Part shown: positions 35,718-46,107 of the stretch, in pieces | Layout of the letters: each line of letters starts with the position of its first letter | Numbering within the stretch: the stretch's first letter is position 1 | Translations under genes and position numbers: made by a program | Notes under the pieces: generated by a model | What the model was told of the DNA's origin: nothing | Seen by the model: the letters and a program-made list of their open reading frames with translations, nothing else | The model's database searches: none | Virus record (IMG/VR): IMGVR_UViG_3300032212_000013 | Location: 1-51,379 of that record | DNA length: 51,379 nt | Direction: 5' to 3' (one strand) | From: a virus | Taxonomy: Duplodnaviria; Caudoviricetes

Positions 35718-36832
35718 TGGTAGACTACCTACAAGGAAGGTATTGGTTAAACAGTGACGCTTTCATGGACGTTATTAACTCCTCGTCCAACGGAGGCATT
35801 GTGCACAGCCTTGATAGTGCTGGGCTATTATGTGACATAGAGCCTTTAACCTACATATTAGACGGTGTTACCAAGTCGTTCTCTGCCGTGTTGGGACAAG
35901 CTGTTACTGCGTCCACAACCAACTTCTTTTATATAGACGACTCTAACTCTCTTGTGGTTAACACTACAGGGTTTCCCATTTCTGGTTGCTACTATGCTTT
36001 AGCTGTAGTAACTACTAACTCTACTAAGGTATTACAAGTTATACAGATTGGTCAGGCTATAGAGACTACAGCGGCAGGTGTGACAATGCTTACTGCTAAC
36101 TCCCCCCTAGTACAATCGGGTACAGCTAGCGAGCCTCAGATAGATTTACCAGACGCTACTGGTCTTGCCAGCGGGGCTATGTCAGCGGCTAACTTTACCA
36201 AGCTAAGTAACATAGAAGCAGCAGCTGACGTTACAGATGCCGGTAATGTGCAACCCGCTCTAGAGACACTAATAACAGCTGTAGGGAACATACTGACTAA
36301 AGACGGGGTTGGCTTAGACGAGCTTGTTCCTGGCTTAGCTGGCACAGCTTTAGTTAGTAATGGCCCTGGGGTACTGCCAAGCTACCAAACTATTACTTCT
36401 TTTGCCCCTCAAGTCCTAGTAGCCAGAGCTGACACAGGTTTAGGCCCTGGGACCCTACCTTACAATTCCGCTAGGTGGATAAGCATATTCAGCGTGGGTT
36501 TAGCGGCTGTCAACGGCGGGGATCCTAACCTTATAGACCTACCTATCGCGGGTAAGTATGTAGCTATTAGCGTTATGGCCCACAGGGGAACTAACCCTGT
36601 CCATATCAATCAGTTTAACTCTCCCCCCAACCCTGGCACTAAAGTAGGAAAGGCGTCCTTTGGTAAGAATAGGCCAGGGGTTTTCGCTACTGGTAGTCTG
36701 ACTACTATAGCTGGAGTGGTAGGGCCTCAACAATTAGCTTTAGAGACTACGGGCTCTAACTTTGGCACTAATGGTGTAGACACCACGGATAGCTTCGAGA
36801 ACATTCTAATAGTCTTTAAGGTGTCTGACTAA
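35717..36832 (+). CDS. Minor tail or fibre protein
   Basis: GAMSAANFTKLSNIEAAADVTD fibre motif; N-terminal domain paralogous to 20277 and 23499. Confidence 0.65.
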   Translation: MVDYLQGRYWLNSDAFMDVINSSSNGGIVHSLDSAGLLCDIEPLTYILDGVTKSFSAVLGQAVTASTTNFFYIDDSNSLVVNTTGFPISGCYYALAVVTTNSTKVLQVIQIGQAIETTAAGVTMLTANSPLVQSGTASEPQIDLPDATGLASGAMSAANFTKLSNIEAAADVTDAGNVQPALETLITAVGNILTKDGVGLDELVPGLAGTALVSNGPGVLPSYQTITSFAPQVLVARADTGLGPGTLPYNSARWISIFSVGLAAVNGGDPNLIDLPIAGKYVAISVMAHRGTNPVHINQFNSPPNPGTKVGKASFGKNRPGVFATGSLTTIAGVVGPQQLALETTGSNFGTNGVDTTDSFENILIVFKVSD

Positions 36833-37335
36833 TGGCTACTATATTCGAGCATGTTCCTAGTGGAACTACAATAACGCTAGACCGTAACCCTGATCTAGGC
36901 GAAACCTTAGCCTCTTCTAAGGACGAGGACGTATTGGTGACCGACGCAGGTGTGCGGCGCGTCTTCAACCGTAGAGTAGATTTCAAGAGGTTGGTGTTGC
37001 CGTTCAACCTACTTAACCCTGTAGAGAGGGCTGACCTTGAGAGGTTCTTCTACGACGTAGTAGGTCAAGGGGAACTGTTCAACCTTACTATGGAGATACC
37101 ACACTTCGCTCCTCTACAGGTAGCCTCTACCTTAGACGGTGTGCCTATTGCAGTAGGGTCTATACTGCCAGCTTTTTGTGGTCTTCCGGCTAGGCCTATA
37201 CTAGTAGGGGATTGGGTTCCTCAGGACAGCTATATCTACGCTAACATGCGATTTAACCAGTCTGAGATACAGTTCGAGATAGCCCTACCAGACTCCTTTA
37301 ACACTAGCCTTAACATGATACAAGAAATTAACTAA
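36832..37335 (+). CDS. Distal tail protein-like
   Basis: Position between tape measure and tail tip; size. Confidence 0.55.
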   Translation: MATIFEHVPSGTTITLDRNPDLGETLASSKDEDVLVTDAGVRRVFNRRVDFKRLVLPFNLLNPVERADLERFFYDVVGQGELFNLTMEIPHFAPLQVASTLDGVPIAVGSILPAFCGLPARPILVGDWVPQDSYIYANMRFNQSEIQFEIALPDSFNTSLNMIQEIN

Positions 37336-40061
37336 TGGCTTTTAACTACACATACCTAGCTAATATTGATGGGTGGAGTGGCCCTTCATTCTTATCTACT
37401 AGACCTTTAGTGTTTGGTGGTAATGGGTATAACCCTATACTTGAGACACCTAATCAAGTTATAGTCAGAAGCTCTGATCCTACAGCACGTAGCAACTGTG
37501 CTCTCTCTGTGATAAACTCCAAACTCGCAGGTGTGTCTTTCTCCGATAGCCACTTTGCAGACAGGCTAGAAGGAAAGACTATCACGGTCATACAATTAGA
37601 TAGAGACACCAATGTATCTAGGGTAGTCTATATTGGTGTGGTTCTATTTGTGGAAGTGTCGGAAACACAGGTTTCTATAACCTTAGTAGAGCCTTCTTAC
37701 TCCAGGTCAAAACAGCTTGGTGGTAAAGTTTCCTCGGAGTTGTGGCCGGACGCTCGACCCTCAGACGTCGGAGCAAGCATAGGCCTTCCCGTAGGCACTG
37801 TGGAGAACGCTAGATTCCCACACGTTCGTTACAATAAGCAGAGCCGCCTTGAGGGGGCTATCTTAAATACAGACACTTCTTTTATCCTAGACTCAGTAGA
37901 GGGCTTTGTCCTAGGACCTGCCACTATTGGAGAAGAAGAAGTAACTATAACTAATATAGATATACCTACAAGAACTGTCACAGTCACTAGGACCAAAGCT
38001 ACAGACCACCCTTCGGGAGAACCATTTGTACTAGGTGGAGATTTCTCTATAGCTATTGATTCTAGTGGCTCACTTTCAACTATAAGTGACATGAAAGAGT
38101 TCAAGTCTGAAGAAGAAGTATTTCCTGTGAGAGACCCGGATAACCACTCTGTGGTAAACGGTATTCGTATTGCTACTTGGCTTGATTCAACACCAACTTA
38201 TAAAGAGCCTATTGGGGATCTTGACTCTATTGGTATAGAGTTAGATAACCCTGCGGCTAGTAACTGTGTTAACCCCACTAATGCTTTGGGTAGGGTGGGC
38301 ACGTTCTCGGAGCGTAACTTTGCCTCTATCAGAGGGGTAGGTCAGGAGACCTTACAAGGCTTACTAGACAGATACCTGAGACCTAAAGGCAGAATCAAAA
38401 AAGTTCTTGCTATTGTAGAGCACTCTGGTAACAGGAATAATAACTCTTTAGGCAGCGGTCAGTTAAATATTTTCAGCCCGTTTGTGCCTGGAGGTATTAA
38501 CGCTGGCTTTCTAACTACAGAGGACCAACTTGACCCTGACTTCTTAGAGATAGCTGAGCAGAAAGGTCGTAGGTCTACAGACGTTCCTTCCGCTCAAAGC
38601 CTCACAACAGCTATCTTCACGCCTGATTCTCTTGTTGTTGGTGTCGGGTCCACAGGGACACCTATTGGAGGGTTTAACCCAGAGTTTAGGTTAGCTAATG
38701 ACGAGGATATTACCCACGACGGTAATGAGGACAACTCTGTGGACACTATCTCTGCTGGGTTAGGCACTGGTCCGTTTAGAGGCTTAAGATATTTCTTTGG
38801 GACGCTACCTAGTCAAGTGAGTCCTGCTGACGAGATTACTCAACTAGTATTCCGTTGGAAGCATGGAAGTGTCATAGAGGGTGGTAGTGCCGGTTTTGGT
38901 AACCAAGGAGCTATTAGCATATTTGAAGGCCTAGCTAACTTAACAGGGCACGGGCAGTTCCCCAAGTCTACACCAGCAGTCATACAAACTGCAACCATAG
39001 CTTTTGCTCCAGGCACCAAGACAGGTGCTGACCTGCTAAACATGAACTTTTGGGTAGACCTAGGGGTCGCTCTTGGTGTGCCTAACACTGTTTGGACTAT
39101 CTTCGAGGCAAACGTAGAGATCCAATACACACCCTCTCCTACGACAGCAGCAGCAAACTCTGGAACTGTGTCTAGCCAATACGATATAACGTCTACAGCC
39201 TTCGCTGCCGGTGTAGATTGGGATGACTTATTTAACACAACCCTACAGGTCATCGGCGACACAGGGAACTTTTTTAGTGTATTTAGAGTAGGCCTCATAG
39301 TTATATATGAACCACAGGAAACCAGGTATGTTAATAACCTAGTTGGTACTGTGGTTGGGGCTATTAGCGGAGACCCCGCTGAACTTATAGAGGCTTTATG
39401 GACTAACGCACTAGTAGGCAATAACCCCAGTGCTAGCATTGCTAACGTTGCTGCTACTAGTGCACTCCTACAAGCTGCTGGCTATGTAAGTTCCTCTGTG
39501 GGTAGCGTCATTAGGTCTAGTGAACTGTGGGAAGTGCTACAGCTTATAGCTAAGGAGTCCAGAGTATTCTTCTACATGATCAATGGGGTCATACAGTTAC
39601 AGTTTATGGAGCTTCGGGCTAATGTAGCTGCACCGGCACTAACTATCTTTCGTAACATGATTATGCCTAACCCTGGTATCAGGTCTTCAGACGTAGAACA
39701 GCAGGTTAAGAACAGGTTTGAAGCTGAGTTTGACTTGACTGACGCAGAAGGGTATAGGCAAGAAATACAAAGAGAAGACGCCGCTTCTATTGCAGCTTAC
39801 GGGGAACAGCTCGAAGAGGTTCAGTTTTTGTTTATCAAAACTTTGTCTGAAGTAGAGTCTACATTAGCTATTTATCTAGATAGAGTCGGTAACCCCTGGG
39901 ATCAAGTTAGTTTTTCTCTAACGCAGGACCACAGGGTGTTACTAGACCCATTATCTGTTGCTAAGCTTGACTTCGGTTGGGTCTTGATAACCAAGTTCGA
40001 GGTGCTAGAAGTTCAGGAAAGGTGGGACCACACCTTAGAGATAACAGGCAGATCCTTATAA
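37335..40061 (+). CDS. Tail tip or baseplate hub protein
   Basis: 908 aa; EDAASIAAYGEQ hub motif; last late gene. Confidence 0.75.
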   Translation: MAFNYTYLANIDGWSGPSFLSTRPLVFGGNGYNPILETPNQVIVRSSDPTARSNCALSVINSKLAGVSFSDSHFADRLEGKTITVIQLDRDTNVSRVVYIGVVLFVEVSETQVSITLVEPSYSRSKQLGGKVSSELWPDARPSDVGASIGLPVGTVENARFPHVRYNKQSRLEGAILNTDTSFILDSVEGFVLGPATIGEEEVTITNIDIPTRTVTVTRTKATDHPSGEPFVLGGDFSIAIDSSGSLSTISDMKEFKSEEEVFPVRDPDNHSVVNGIRIATWLDSTPTYKEPIGDLDSIGIELDNPAASNCVNPTNALGRVGTFSERNFASIRGVGQETLQGLLDRYLRPKGRIKKVLAIVEHSGNRNNNSLGSGQLNIFSPFVPGGINAGFLTTEDQLDPDFLEIAEQKGRRSTDVPSAQSLTTAIFTPDSLVVGVGSTGTPIGGFNPEFRLANDEDITHDGNEDNSVDTISAGLGTGPFRGLRYFFGTLPSQVSPADEITQLVFRWKHGSVIEGGSAGFGNQGAISIFEGLANLTGHGQFPKSTPAVIQTATIAFAPGTKTGADLLNMNFWVDLGVALGVPNTVWTIFEANVEIQYTPSPTTAAANSGTVSSQYDITSTAFAAGVDWDDLFNTTLQVIGDTGNFFSVFRVGLIVIYEPQETRYVNNLVGTVVGAISGDPAELIEALWTNALVGNNPSASIANVAATSALLQAAGYVSSSVGSVIRSSELWEVLQLIAKESRVFFYMINGVIQLQFMELRANVAAPALTIFRNMIMPNPGIRSSDVEQQVKNRFEAEFDLTDAEGYRQEIQREDAASIAAYGEQLEEVQFLFIKTLSEVESTLAIYLDRVGNPWDQVSFSLTQDHRVLLDPLSVAKLDFGWVLITKFEVLEVQERWDHTLEITGRSL

Positions 40062-40190
40062 GACCGGCTCTCCCTTATCGCACTTAGGGCACACCATTTC
40101 CTGTAGCCACCAAGCATGGAGAGGCTTGTCGAACTGAAAGATTATGGGGCACACGAGCACAAGTTCCCTCTGGCATTTATGGCAAGTCAT
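40056..40190 (-). CDS. Zinc-finger peptide, 44 aa (not in ORF track)
   Basis: MTCHKC...VCPKC; GAGGAGG RBS. Confidence 0.55.
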   Translation of the reverse strand: MTCHKCQRELVLVCPIIFQFDKPLHAWWLQEMVCPKCDKGEPVL

Positions 40191-40606
40191 TAGTCCTCCT
40201 CTTCTATCATGTCTTTAGTTATGAGATCGCCCTTTTTAACCTTAAGGTTTTTTTTAAGTTGTACGGTAACATAACCTGTAGCTTCACAGATTATACAGTC
40301 TACTTCTGGCTGGAATCCGTTAGTCACCTTACCTTCGTAACAGTTAACGCCAGGGCATTCGACCTTCCTATCCTCATAGTGTTGTGTCTTACACAGTGTG
40401 CCTTTTACTTCATAGACTCGGCAATCGTTACACCATTCGACTTCCATACAAGGTTTGCCTGAACTATGTAAAACTAGATATTGAAGGTTGCCTACCCTGA
40501 CCTGTAGCGTCTCCTCTAGCTTGGTGATACCCTTGAGTAAAGACTGCGCCCTCTTTATTTCCTCTGGTGTGTAAGGCTTAGTCTTGAAGCCACTAAGATC
40601 CTCCAT
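40190..40606 (-). CDS. Cysteine-rich hypothetical protein
   Basis: Multiple CxxC-type motifs. Confidence 0.65.
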   Translation of the reverse strand: MEDLSGFKTKPYTPEEIKRAQSLLKGITKLEETLQVRVGNLQYLVLHSSGKPCMEVEWCNDCRVYEVKGTLCKTQHYEDRKVECPGVNCYEGKVTNGFQPEVDCIICEATGYVTVQLKKNLKVKKGDLITKDMIEEED

Positions 40607-40820
40607 TCTGCCCTCTCTTCCTTGCTGCTCGTCGCTGCTTGTTGTTAGGCCTGGGCATGTTGTTGGCGTGACTCTCTGAGCAGAAGTGCCTAACGTCTTT
40701 CATAACCCAATCCATCTTCAACGGTGTGGTGTGGTGCTTACCAATAGAGCAAGACACCAGCACCCTCTCTCTAACGTTACACCTAGGATAATCACATATT
40801 ATATAGTTAACTAGGGACAT
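40593..40820 (-). CDS. Small zinc-finger protein (paralogue of 10770)
   Basis: CDYPRC...WVM..VRHFCSESH; start moved to MSLVN. Confidence 0.65.
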   Translation of the reverse strand: MSLVNYIICDYPRCNVRERVLVSCSIGKHHTTPLKMDWVMKDVRHFCSESHANNMPRPNNKQRRAARKRGQNGGS

Positions 40821-40821
40821 T

Positions 40822-40959
40822 TTAGTACTCCCATTCCTGACAAGAATCACAGTCACAGGGTAGCTTTGGTTCTATCACAACTTCCCTTACTGTTAACACA
40901 TACCCAAACAGTCCTAGGTATAATCCTAGGAAAGCTAACGTTAAAAGTTTATTGTGCAT
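40822..40959 (-). CDS. Small membrane protein
   Basis: Hydrophobic N-terminus MHNKLLTLAFLGLYLGLFGYVL. Confidence 0.5.
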   Translation of the reverse strand: MHNKLLTLAFLGLYLGLFGYVLTVREVVIEPKLPCDCDSCQEWEY

Positions 40960-41194
40960 CTTCAACCCTTTCTGGGTGTTCCATATTGTCAGGCTTGTAG
41001 TAGAATACCACACCTAAGCCTCTAAGATTAACAGGGCCGTACATAAAAGGTGTTCGTCCTTGAAAGAACTTGGTCACCTTTCCCTTTAGGAAAATCTTTT
41101 GGTCCGGCCTAAGCTTTTCCCAAAAGTCTACCGTTACCCAGTAGTAGATGTTACTGTATTCAACAGTCTCGTATATAGCCATGGGCCTCCACAT
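40949..41194 (-). CDS. Hypothetical protein
   Basis: ORF in the operon; start probably at MAIYE. Confidence 0.55.
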   Translation of the reverse strand: MWRPMAIYETVEYSNIYYWVTVDFWEKLRPDQKIFLKGKVTKFFQGRTPFMYGPVNLRGLGVVFYYKPDNMEHPERVEDAQ

Positions 41195-41342
41195 ATTCTG
41201 GTTGCCCGTCTATTTTACCACGCTCGTAGACCTCCCGTAACAGCTTTCTTAAATTCAAGTTAGTGCTAGACTTACCATACAATCTCTCAATTATGATCTT
41301 GTTTAGTTTCACCATTGTCTCGTCTTCAAATTGCTTGTCCAT
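41160..41342 (-). CDS. Hypothetical protein
   Basis: 60 aa ORF with AGGAG RBS. Confidence 0.55.
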   Translation of the reverse strand: MDKQFEDETMVKLNKIIIERLYGKSSTNLNLRKLLREVYERGKIDGQPEYVEAHGYIRDC

Positions 41343-41928
41343 GTAAGCTCCTAGTAATGTTCCTTATGGTTGTGAGTATGTAGTAAGAATAGTTAGCGCC
41401 CCTACCAAGCAGAACTCCTGCTTTACTGACGCTGTGGCCTTGGAGAATAAGCTTTAGCACCTCCCTTTGTTTGGTGTTACATAGGCTCATGATGTCTTGA
41501 ACCTCTTGTTTTGACTCGACTCTACTTATATGTTCGTCTTCTACATAGGGTACTTGTGTGAGGTCTTCCTCTTCTACTCCGGTTCCGTCCAGCCAATTAA
41601 TTATAATGATTTTAGGATTGTCTGGGGTTCTGCTTCTTGATTCCCTTCTGATGTAGTCTTTAACACTGTATTCCACTATTAGTATAAGCCATCGCTTTAA
41701 GGTCTTCCCCTTATCAGAATCATATGGCCTCCAATTCTTATCACTAAACCAATCACACAGAACGAACGCAACATAGGACAGGAGATCTTCGGCCTTAGGT
41801 TTGCTTATTTTAGCTAAACAGAACCTGACTCTGAACAACTCTAGTATTTCCTCACACAGAACCTCCTTTTCCTTTTGACTATAACCCTTAGGTATCTTAC
41901 TTCTTGTTCTTCTACTAGGCATTAACAC
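41326..41928 (-). CDS. Sigma-70/ECF-like RNA polymerase sigma factor
   Basis: YDSDKGKTLKRWL...KDYIRRE (region 2-like) and KQREVLKLILQGHSVSKAGVLLG (region 4 HTH). Confidence 0.7.
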   Translation of the reverse strand: MLMPSRRTRSKIPKGYSQKEKEVLCEEILELFRVRFCLAKISKPKAEDLLSYVAFVLCDWFSDKNWRPYDSDKGKTLKRWLILIVEYSVKDYIRRESRSRTPDNPKIIIINWLDGTGVEEEDLTQVPYVEDEHISRVESKQEVQDIMSLCNTKQREVLKLILQGHSVSKAGVLLGRGANYSYYILTTIRNITRSLHGQAI

Positions 41929-44332
41929 ACTCCTCCTGCTCTAGGTATTTCTCGTAAGGTATAAGCTCTCCCCAATTCTGGCCTACGTCTATAGATACTT
42001 CATACTCAGCACAACTATCGAAGGGCATAATGAGCATCTGCTTTTTGATCCAAGGCACGGCAACGTGCAAGTGCTCAGTTTTAATCTCGAACACTATTGA
42101 ATCGTGGACGGCAGTAACAATGTAACCCCATCCAGTCTCTTCAAGTTTCCTGGTAATAACACCAATCTGCCACAAGGTAAGGTCGGCATTGAGTGATTGG
42201 ATAGGGAAGTTGACCGACTGGTTTCTAACTTCAGGCACCATAGATCTATTAATGATAGACCATCTTCTTTTTCGACCGACATAATTAGTTACCTCACAGC
42301 TTTCTAGCGCGTCTTCTTGTTGCTTAAGCCACCACTTATGGTAGTCAGGGTAAGAGTTAAACACGTCGTCGATAAACTTCTGTGCTTCCTCTAGACTCTC
42401 AGCTTTGATATCCTCCTTAAGACTCCACTTCTTCTTACCATACATAACACCGAACAAGATAGCCTTTGCCCTGCCTCTAATGAACTTGGTCACAGCTTCC
42501 ATTGGCAACTTGAAAGCCTTCGAGGCTGTAGCCTTATGGACGTCACCCGTCATGATTGACTTGCCAAGCTCTTTGTCCGCGGAGTAGTGCCAAGCGAACC
42601 TCACTTCAAGCTGCCCATAGTCAATGTCAACTAGGGTGTGGTCCTTGGACGCCTTATAGCATTTCTTGATAGAGTCGAAGCCCCACTCTGCTAGGTTCTG
42701 CTCGTTAGGTTGTGTCTGTAGAGGTGGATCGTAGACAGCCATTCTACCTGTGACTGTGTTCTTGATACTAATGCTAGGCCTAACCCTACCGTCCTCGTAT
42801 ACGAAGTCATGGAACTTACCTATATACTTAGTGAAAAGGTTGTTATACTTCCTGAACTCTTTAAGCATTAGTATAAATGGGTGGTGTGCGTTCTCCTTTA
42901 GGAACTCGGCGTTAGTAGTTCTTCGCCCTTTGAACAGCTTGAACCCCAACATATCGTATATAAAGTGGCACAGCTGCGTGGGGCTATTGGGATTAAGGTC
43001 ATTGTGTTTGGGCTTCTTAACTATCTTAGAGGCGTCGAACCCTCTCTCCCTAGCATAGGCTACTATCCTCTCTTGCATAGCCTTTAACTTAGGCACCCAT
43101 TTCTTCTTAAGTTTGTGGACGTATTTAAGGTCCACTTTGAAGCCTCTCATTTCCATTTTGGCTACCGCGTATGGCATTGGCATGAGATACTTCTCTACGT
43201 GCTCTAGCGTCCCTTGCACACTGCACTCCCGACGCAGGATAGGCTCCAACCTGAAGGTGTTGATGGCGTCTCTCGCCGCGTAGTCCACCAGAATGTCTCG
43301 CGGTATGTCGGCGTAGCTCCCGCCCTTTGGAACATGACCGTCCAACATCTTCTTCCAGTTAGGCTCGTTCAAGTATGTCTGACACAGCCTATCCAGTGTT
43401 ATAGAGTCTCCCATTTCTGTGATGCCGATAGCCAAGCACATGGTGTCTATATGGCTTAAGGGCATAGACTCGTAGTGGTGCAGTAGAAACTTAAAGTCGA
43501 AGCTACCATTCTGTAGTATCCAAGTTCTGTCAGGATCTTCAAGCATAGCTTTGAAGACTCTTCTATTCCTAACACTCTTGAGAAGGGTTTTGTTCTCGAA
43601 GACATAAGCTATCTTATCGTCTCCTATAACTACTAGCTCTATGTTCCTTTTGTAATAGAACCCATCTGTCTCAAGGTCAATTGCCCATCTAGGCTTCTTA
43701 GCTATCTCACACAGTGCCCGGTATGCTTCGCCTTGGTTAGTAATATACACCTTGTTGACTGGCTTAGTTTGCGGGAACGGCATGACCTCGTCAATCATAA
43801 GAACAGCTCGACGCAAGGTGCTGTGTATGTTGTCGTAGAAGTGTGTAGCTCCTCCTAAACACGAGGAGGGGTGGTAGGTAATAACGGAGTGACAGCCAAG
43901 CCTCTTGTTATATTTGAACTCCCCTATGTTGTCCTTGAACTTACCAGTGTACCCACCTAAGGCTGTCATGGAAGGTGAACCCATACCTATGACTATCTTA
44001 GGCTTTAGTCCCTTTATCTCCTCTATCAACCTTTTGTTGCAAGCCTTTATAGACGCTGCGTTTGGAGGCTGTCTTTTGTTGTTCTTCCTAGGCACCTTGC
44101 ACAGTGTTACGTTAGTGTAGTATACCTTTATGTGGTCGCCGCCCACGTCTCCCCATGTCTTGTCTAGTAGAAGCTTAGCGTTACCTGTTATAGGGTGGGT
44201 GTCTCTCTTGTGTGGCAGACTAGGGTACTCACCAACTACAACTATATCAGGGCTATCGTCTCCCACTCCGAACACAGGCTTGTAGTGCTTAAACAAAGGG
44301 CAGTTGTCACAGTCTGTGTTGCAGTCAGCCAT
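41915..44332 (-). CDS. polA: DNA polymerase family A with N-terminal uracil-DNA glycosylase and 3'-5' exonuclease domains
   Basis: CxxCPL, VVGEYP, TNVTLC and TYHPS (family 4 UDG); DLETDG exonuclease; DYGQLEVR, RGRAKAILFGVMYG and VHDS polymerase motifs. Confidence 0.93.
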   Translation of the reverse strand: MADCNTDCDNCPLFKHYKPVFGVGDDSPDIVVVGEYPSLPHKRDTHPITGNAKLLLDKTWGDVGGDHIKVYYTNVTLCKVPRKNNKRQPPNAASIKACNKRLIEEIKGLKPKIVIGMGSPSMTALGGYTGKFKDNIGEFKYNKRLGCHSVITYHPSSCLGGATHFYDNIHSTLRRAVLMIDEVMPFPQTKPVNKVYITNQGEAYRALCEIAKKPRWAIDLETDGFYYKRNIELVVIGDDKIAYVFENKTLLKSVRNRRVFKAMLEDPDRTWILQNGSFDFKFLLHHYESMPLSHIDTMCLAIGITEMGDSITLDRLCQTYLNEPNWKKMLDGHVPKGGSYADIPRDILVDYAARDAINTFRLEPILRRECSVQGTLEHVEKYLMPMPYAVAKMEMRGFKVDLKYVHKLKKKWVPKLKAMQERIVAYARERGFDASKIVKKPKHNDLNPNSPTQLCHFIYDMLGFKLFKGRRTTNAEFLKENAHHPFILMLKEFRKYNNLFTKYIGKFHDFVYEDGRVRPSISIKNTVTGRMAVYDPPLQTQPNEQNLAEWGFDSIKKCYKASKDHTLVDIDYGQLEVRFAWHYSADKELGKSIMTGDVHKATASKAFKLPMEAVTKFIRGRAKAILFGVMYGKKKWSLKEDIKAESLEEAQKFIDDVFNSYPDYHKWWLKQQEDALESCEVTNYVGRKRRWSIINRSMVPEVRNQSVNFPIQSLNADLTLWQIGVITRKLEETGWGYIVTAVHDSIVFEIKTEHLHVAVPWIKKQMLIMPFDSCAEYEVSIDVGQNWGELIPYEKYLEQEECVNA

Positions 44333-44507
44333 TGTCTATGACCCCCACAAAAGGGTCTCCGAGGTCGTCAGTCAACCCGTCCTTGTTAAACTGCTCATAC
44401 AAAGCGGCTCTGCAATACTCGGAGGCTGTTACCCCTTTACGCCTAGCACCCTCCTTAATCAGGCTCATGAGCTGTGCGCTAGCTTGAAACGTCATGTTTT
44501 TTTTCAT
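44325..44507 (-). CDS. Ribbon-helix-helix DNA-binding protein
   Basis: NMTFQAS...IKEGARRKGVTASEYCRAAL pattern. Confidence 0.65.
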   Translation of the reverse strand: MKKNMTFQASAQLMSLIKEGARRKGVTASEYCRAALYEQFNKDGLTDDLGDPFVGVIDNG

Positions 44508-44934
44508 AGCTGTGCTCCTTTATACAGTAGGCTACAAGGTGTGCCAATGCGTCTTTAGCATGGTGAACCTTTGTTATACCGTTGGACTTTAGTAACTTAC
44601 ATGCTTCCTGGTAAGCATGTTTCCTGAATTGTGGTTGTTGTACTACCACTTTCCTTTCCATGATAAGAGAGTAGTATAGTCTAATGAAACCTAAGGTCTC
44701 TATAGTTCTCTTGCTGTCTTTATTCCTAAACCCTCCGCCGATGAAGTCCTCTACTATAACTACGTCAGCACCCATAGTTCTTATAGCTATGTCTACCTCC
44801 CTTATTATAATAGATATCTCTCTACTGTCAGCAATGAACATGGGGGTTATGTGTAACTCTTTACTGATAGAGCACACAGCTAGACCTGTAGTCACACCAG
44901 GGTCTATAGATATTATTACCTTATCCTCGTCCAT
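44479..44934 (-). CDS. RuvC-like Holliday junction resolvase
   Basis: SIDPGVTTG, VIVEDF and HAKDA catalytic motifs. Confidence 0.8.
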   Translation of the reverse strand: MDEDKVIISIDPGVTTGLAVCSISKELHITPMFIADSREISIIIREVDIAIRTMGADVVIVEDFIGGGFRNKDSKRTIETLGFIRLYYSLIMERKVVVQQPQFRKHAYQEACKLLKSNGITKVHHAKDALAHLVAYCIKEHSYEKKHDVSS

Positions 44935-44948
44935 AATTATCTCCAGAC

Positions 44949-44986
44949 AAAAAGAAAGGCTAGCAGACCTAGTTATCTGCTAGCCT
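44949..44986 (-). terminator. Rho-independent terminator after the SSB gene
   Basis: AGGCTAGCAGA/TCTGCTAGCCT stem plus T tract on the minus strand. Confidence 0.75.
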
Positions 44987-45001
44987 CAAGGGGTGGGGTG
45001 T

Positions 45002-45391
45002 TCACTCGTTCCAGTCGTCAATGCTCACAATGGACTCAATGACGTTGTTCTTACGGCCTTCCTCAGGAGGGCCAACGTTCAAGCAGCACTCGTTGCCGAC
45101 AATCTCTTCTTCTTCAAGCTCAAACTCTCCGCCCATATCATCTGGGTCAAAGCCAAGAGTGACCATGAAAGCCTTCAAAGCCCACAAGGATTGTGGTTGG
45201 AGGCTGAAGTTCTGCCAGAGCTTACGATTGTCCTCGTCGGGCAACTCGAACTCGACACTAAGGTAAGGCTTGCCCGAGGTTTTACCCTTGCGGGGCTCAA
45301 CCTTTGAAACGTGTGCTCTATAAAGGGCAGGTTCAAGAGGCTCAAAGCCGCTCTTGGTATCGGCATCTGTAAAGTCTAGTTTGATTCCCAT
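45002..45391 (-). CDS. DUF669-family ssDNA-binding protein
   Basis: FEPLEPALY...SGKPYLSVEF...SLWALK; acidic; next to Sak4. Confidence 0.75.
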   Translation of the reverse strand: MGIKLDFTDADTKSGFEPLEPALYRAHVSKVEPRKGKTSGKPYLSVEFELPDEDNRKLWQNFSLQPQSLWALKAFMVTLGFDPDDMGGEFELEEEEIVGNECCLNVGPPEEGRKNNVIESIVSIDDWNE

Positions 45392-46107
45392 TAGTTAATC
45401 TCCAGTAAGTCCTTAAAGGACGGGTTAAGTAACTCTTTTACACCTTTAGTTGTTGTTCTGTGTTTGGCCTTTACGGCACCCACACCATCAATTTGTAGTA
45501 CCCTGTTTACATTGGACCCCTTTCTCTTTTTTGTGTAGTACCCTATAGTGTCCACTTGAGACATTAAAGCCTTGCCTACTTTAGGGTAACAGTCAGGGCT
45601 AACGTTATACACAGTGCCTTGAGAATCCTTATCGGTTCTAACATGGCAACTAAATATAATGTTTATCCCGTCCTCTTTACTCAGGGAAACGAAACCCTGA
45701 ATCATCTTACTCATTAGTATCCCAACCCGGCCAAAGTCTTGGAACTCTGGCTTCTCTTTCTTGCCTAGAACATAGTCTAAGCACAGTGTCTGAGCGTGGG
45801 TCATAGTGTCAATGGCTACTGTCTTATACTTATCCTTACCCTCAGTAAGTAGCCAATTGTATAAAGCTTGTAGTTCCTTCCATGTCTTAGGTTTGGTCAC
45901 AGAAATGTCAGTGCGATTCTTGATAGTCCTAGTCCCACCTTCAACGTCGATGATAAGCAGATTGGCAGACTTCTCATAGTCTTGTGCAGTAGAAATGAGG
46001 CGGGTCTTACCGACCCCAGGGGGACCGTAGAGAGCAATGTTCAGCCCCCACTGGTCCACTATCTCATTGGCTGCCATAATTTTAGGGTTAAGTGTTGGGT
46101 TAACCAT
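45391..46107 (-). CDS. Sak4-like (AAA_24) ssDNA annealing ATPase
   Basis: LYGPPGVGKT, IDVEGG, TVAIDT and AKHR motifs. Confidence 0.85.
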   Translation of the reverse strand: MVNPTLNPKIMAANEIVDQWGLNIALYGPPGVGKTRLISTAQDYEKSANLLIIDVEGGTRTIKNRTDISVTKPKTWKELQALYNWLLTEGKDKYKTVAIDTMTHAQTLCLDYVLGKKEKPEFQDFGRVGILMSKMIQGFVSLSKEDGINIIFSCHVRTDKDSQGTVYNVSPDCYPKVGKALMSQVDTIGYYTKKRKGSNVNRVLQIDGVGAVKAKHRTTTKGVKELLNPSFKDLLEIN

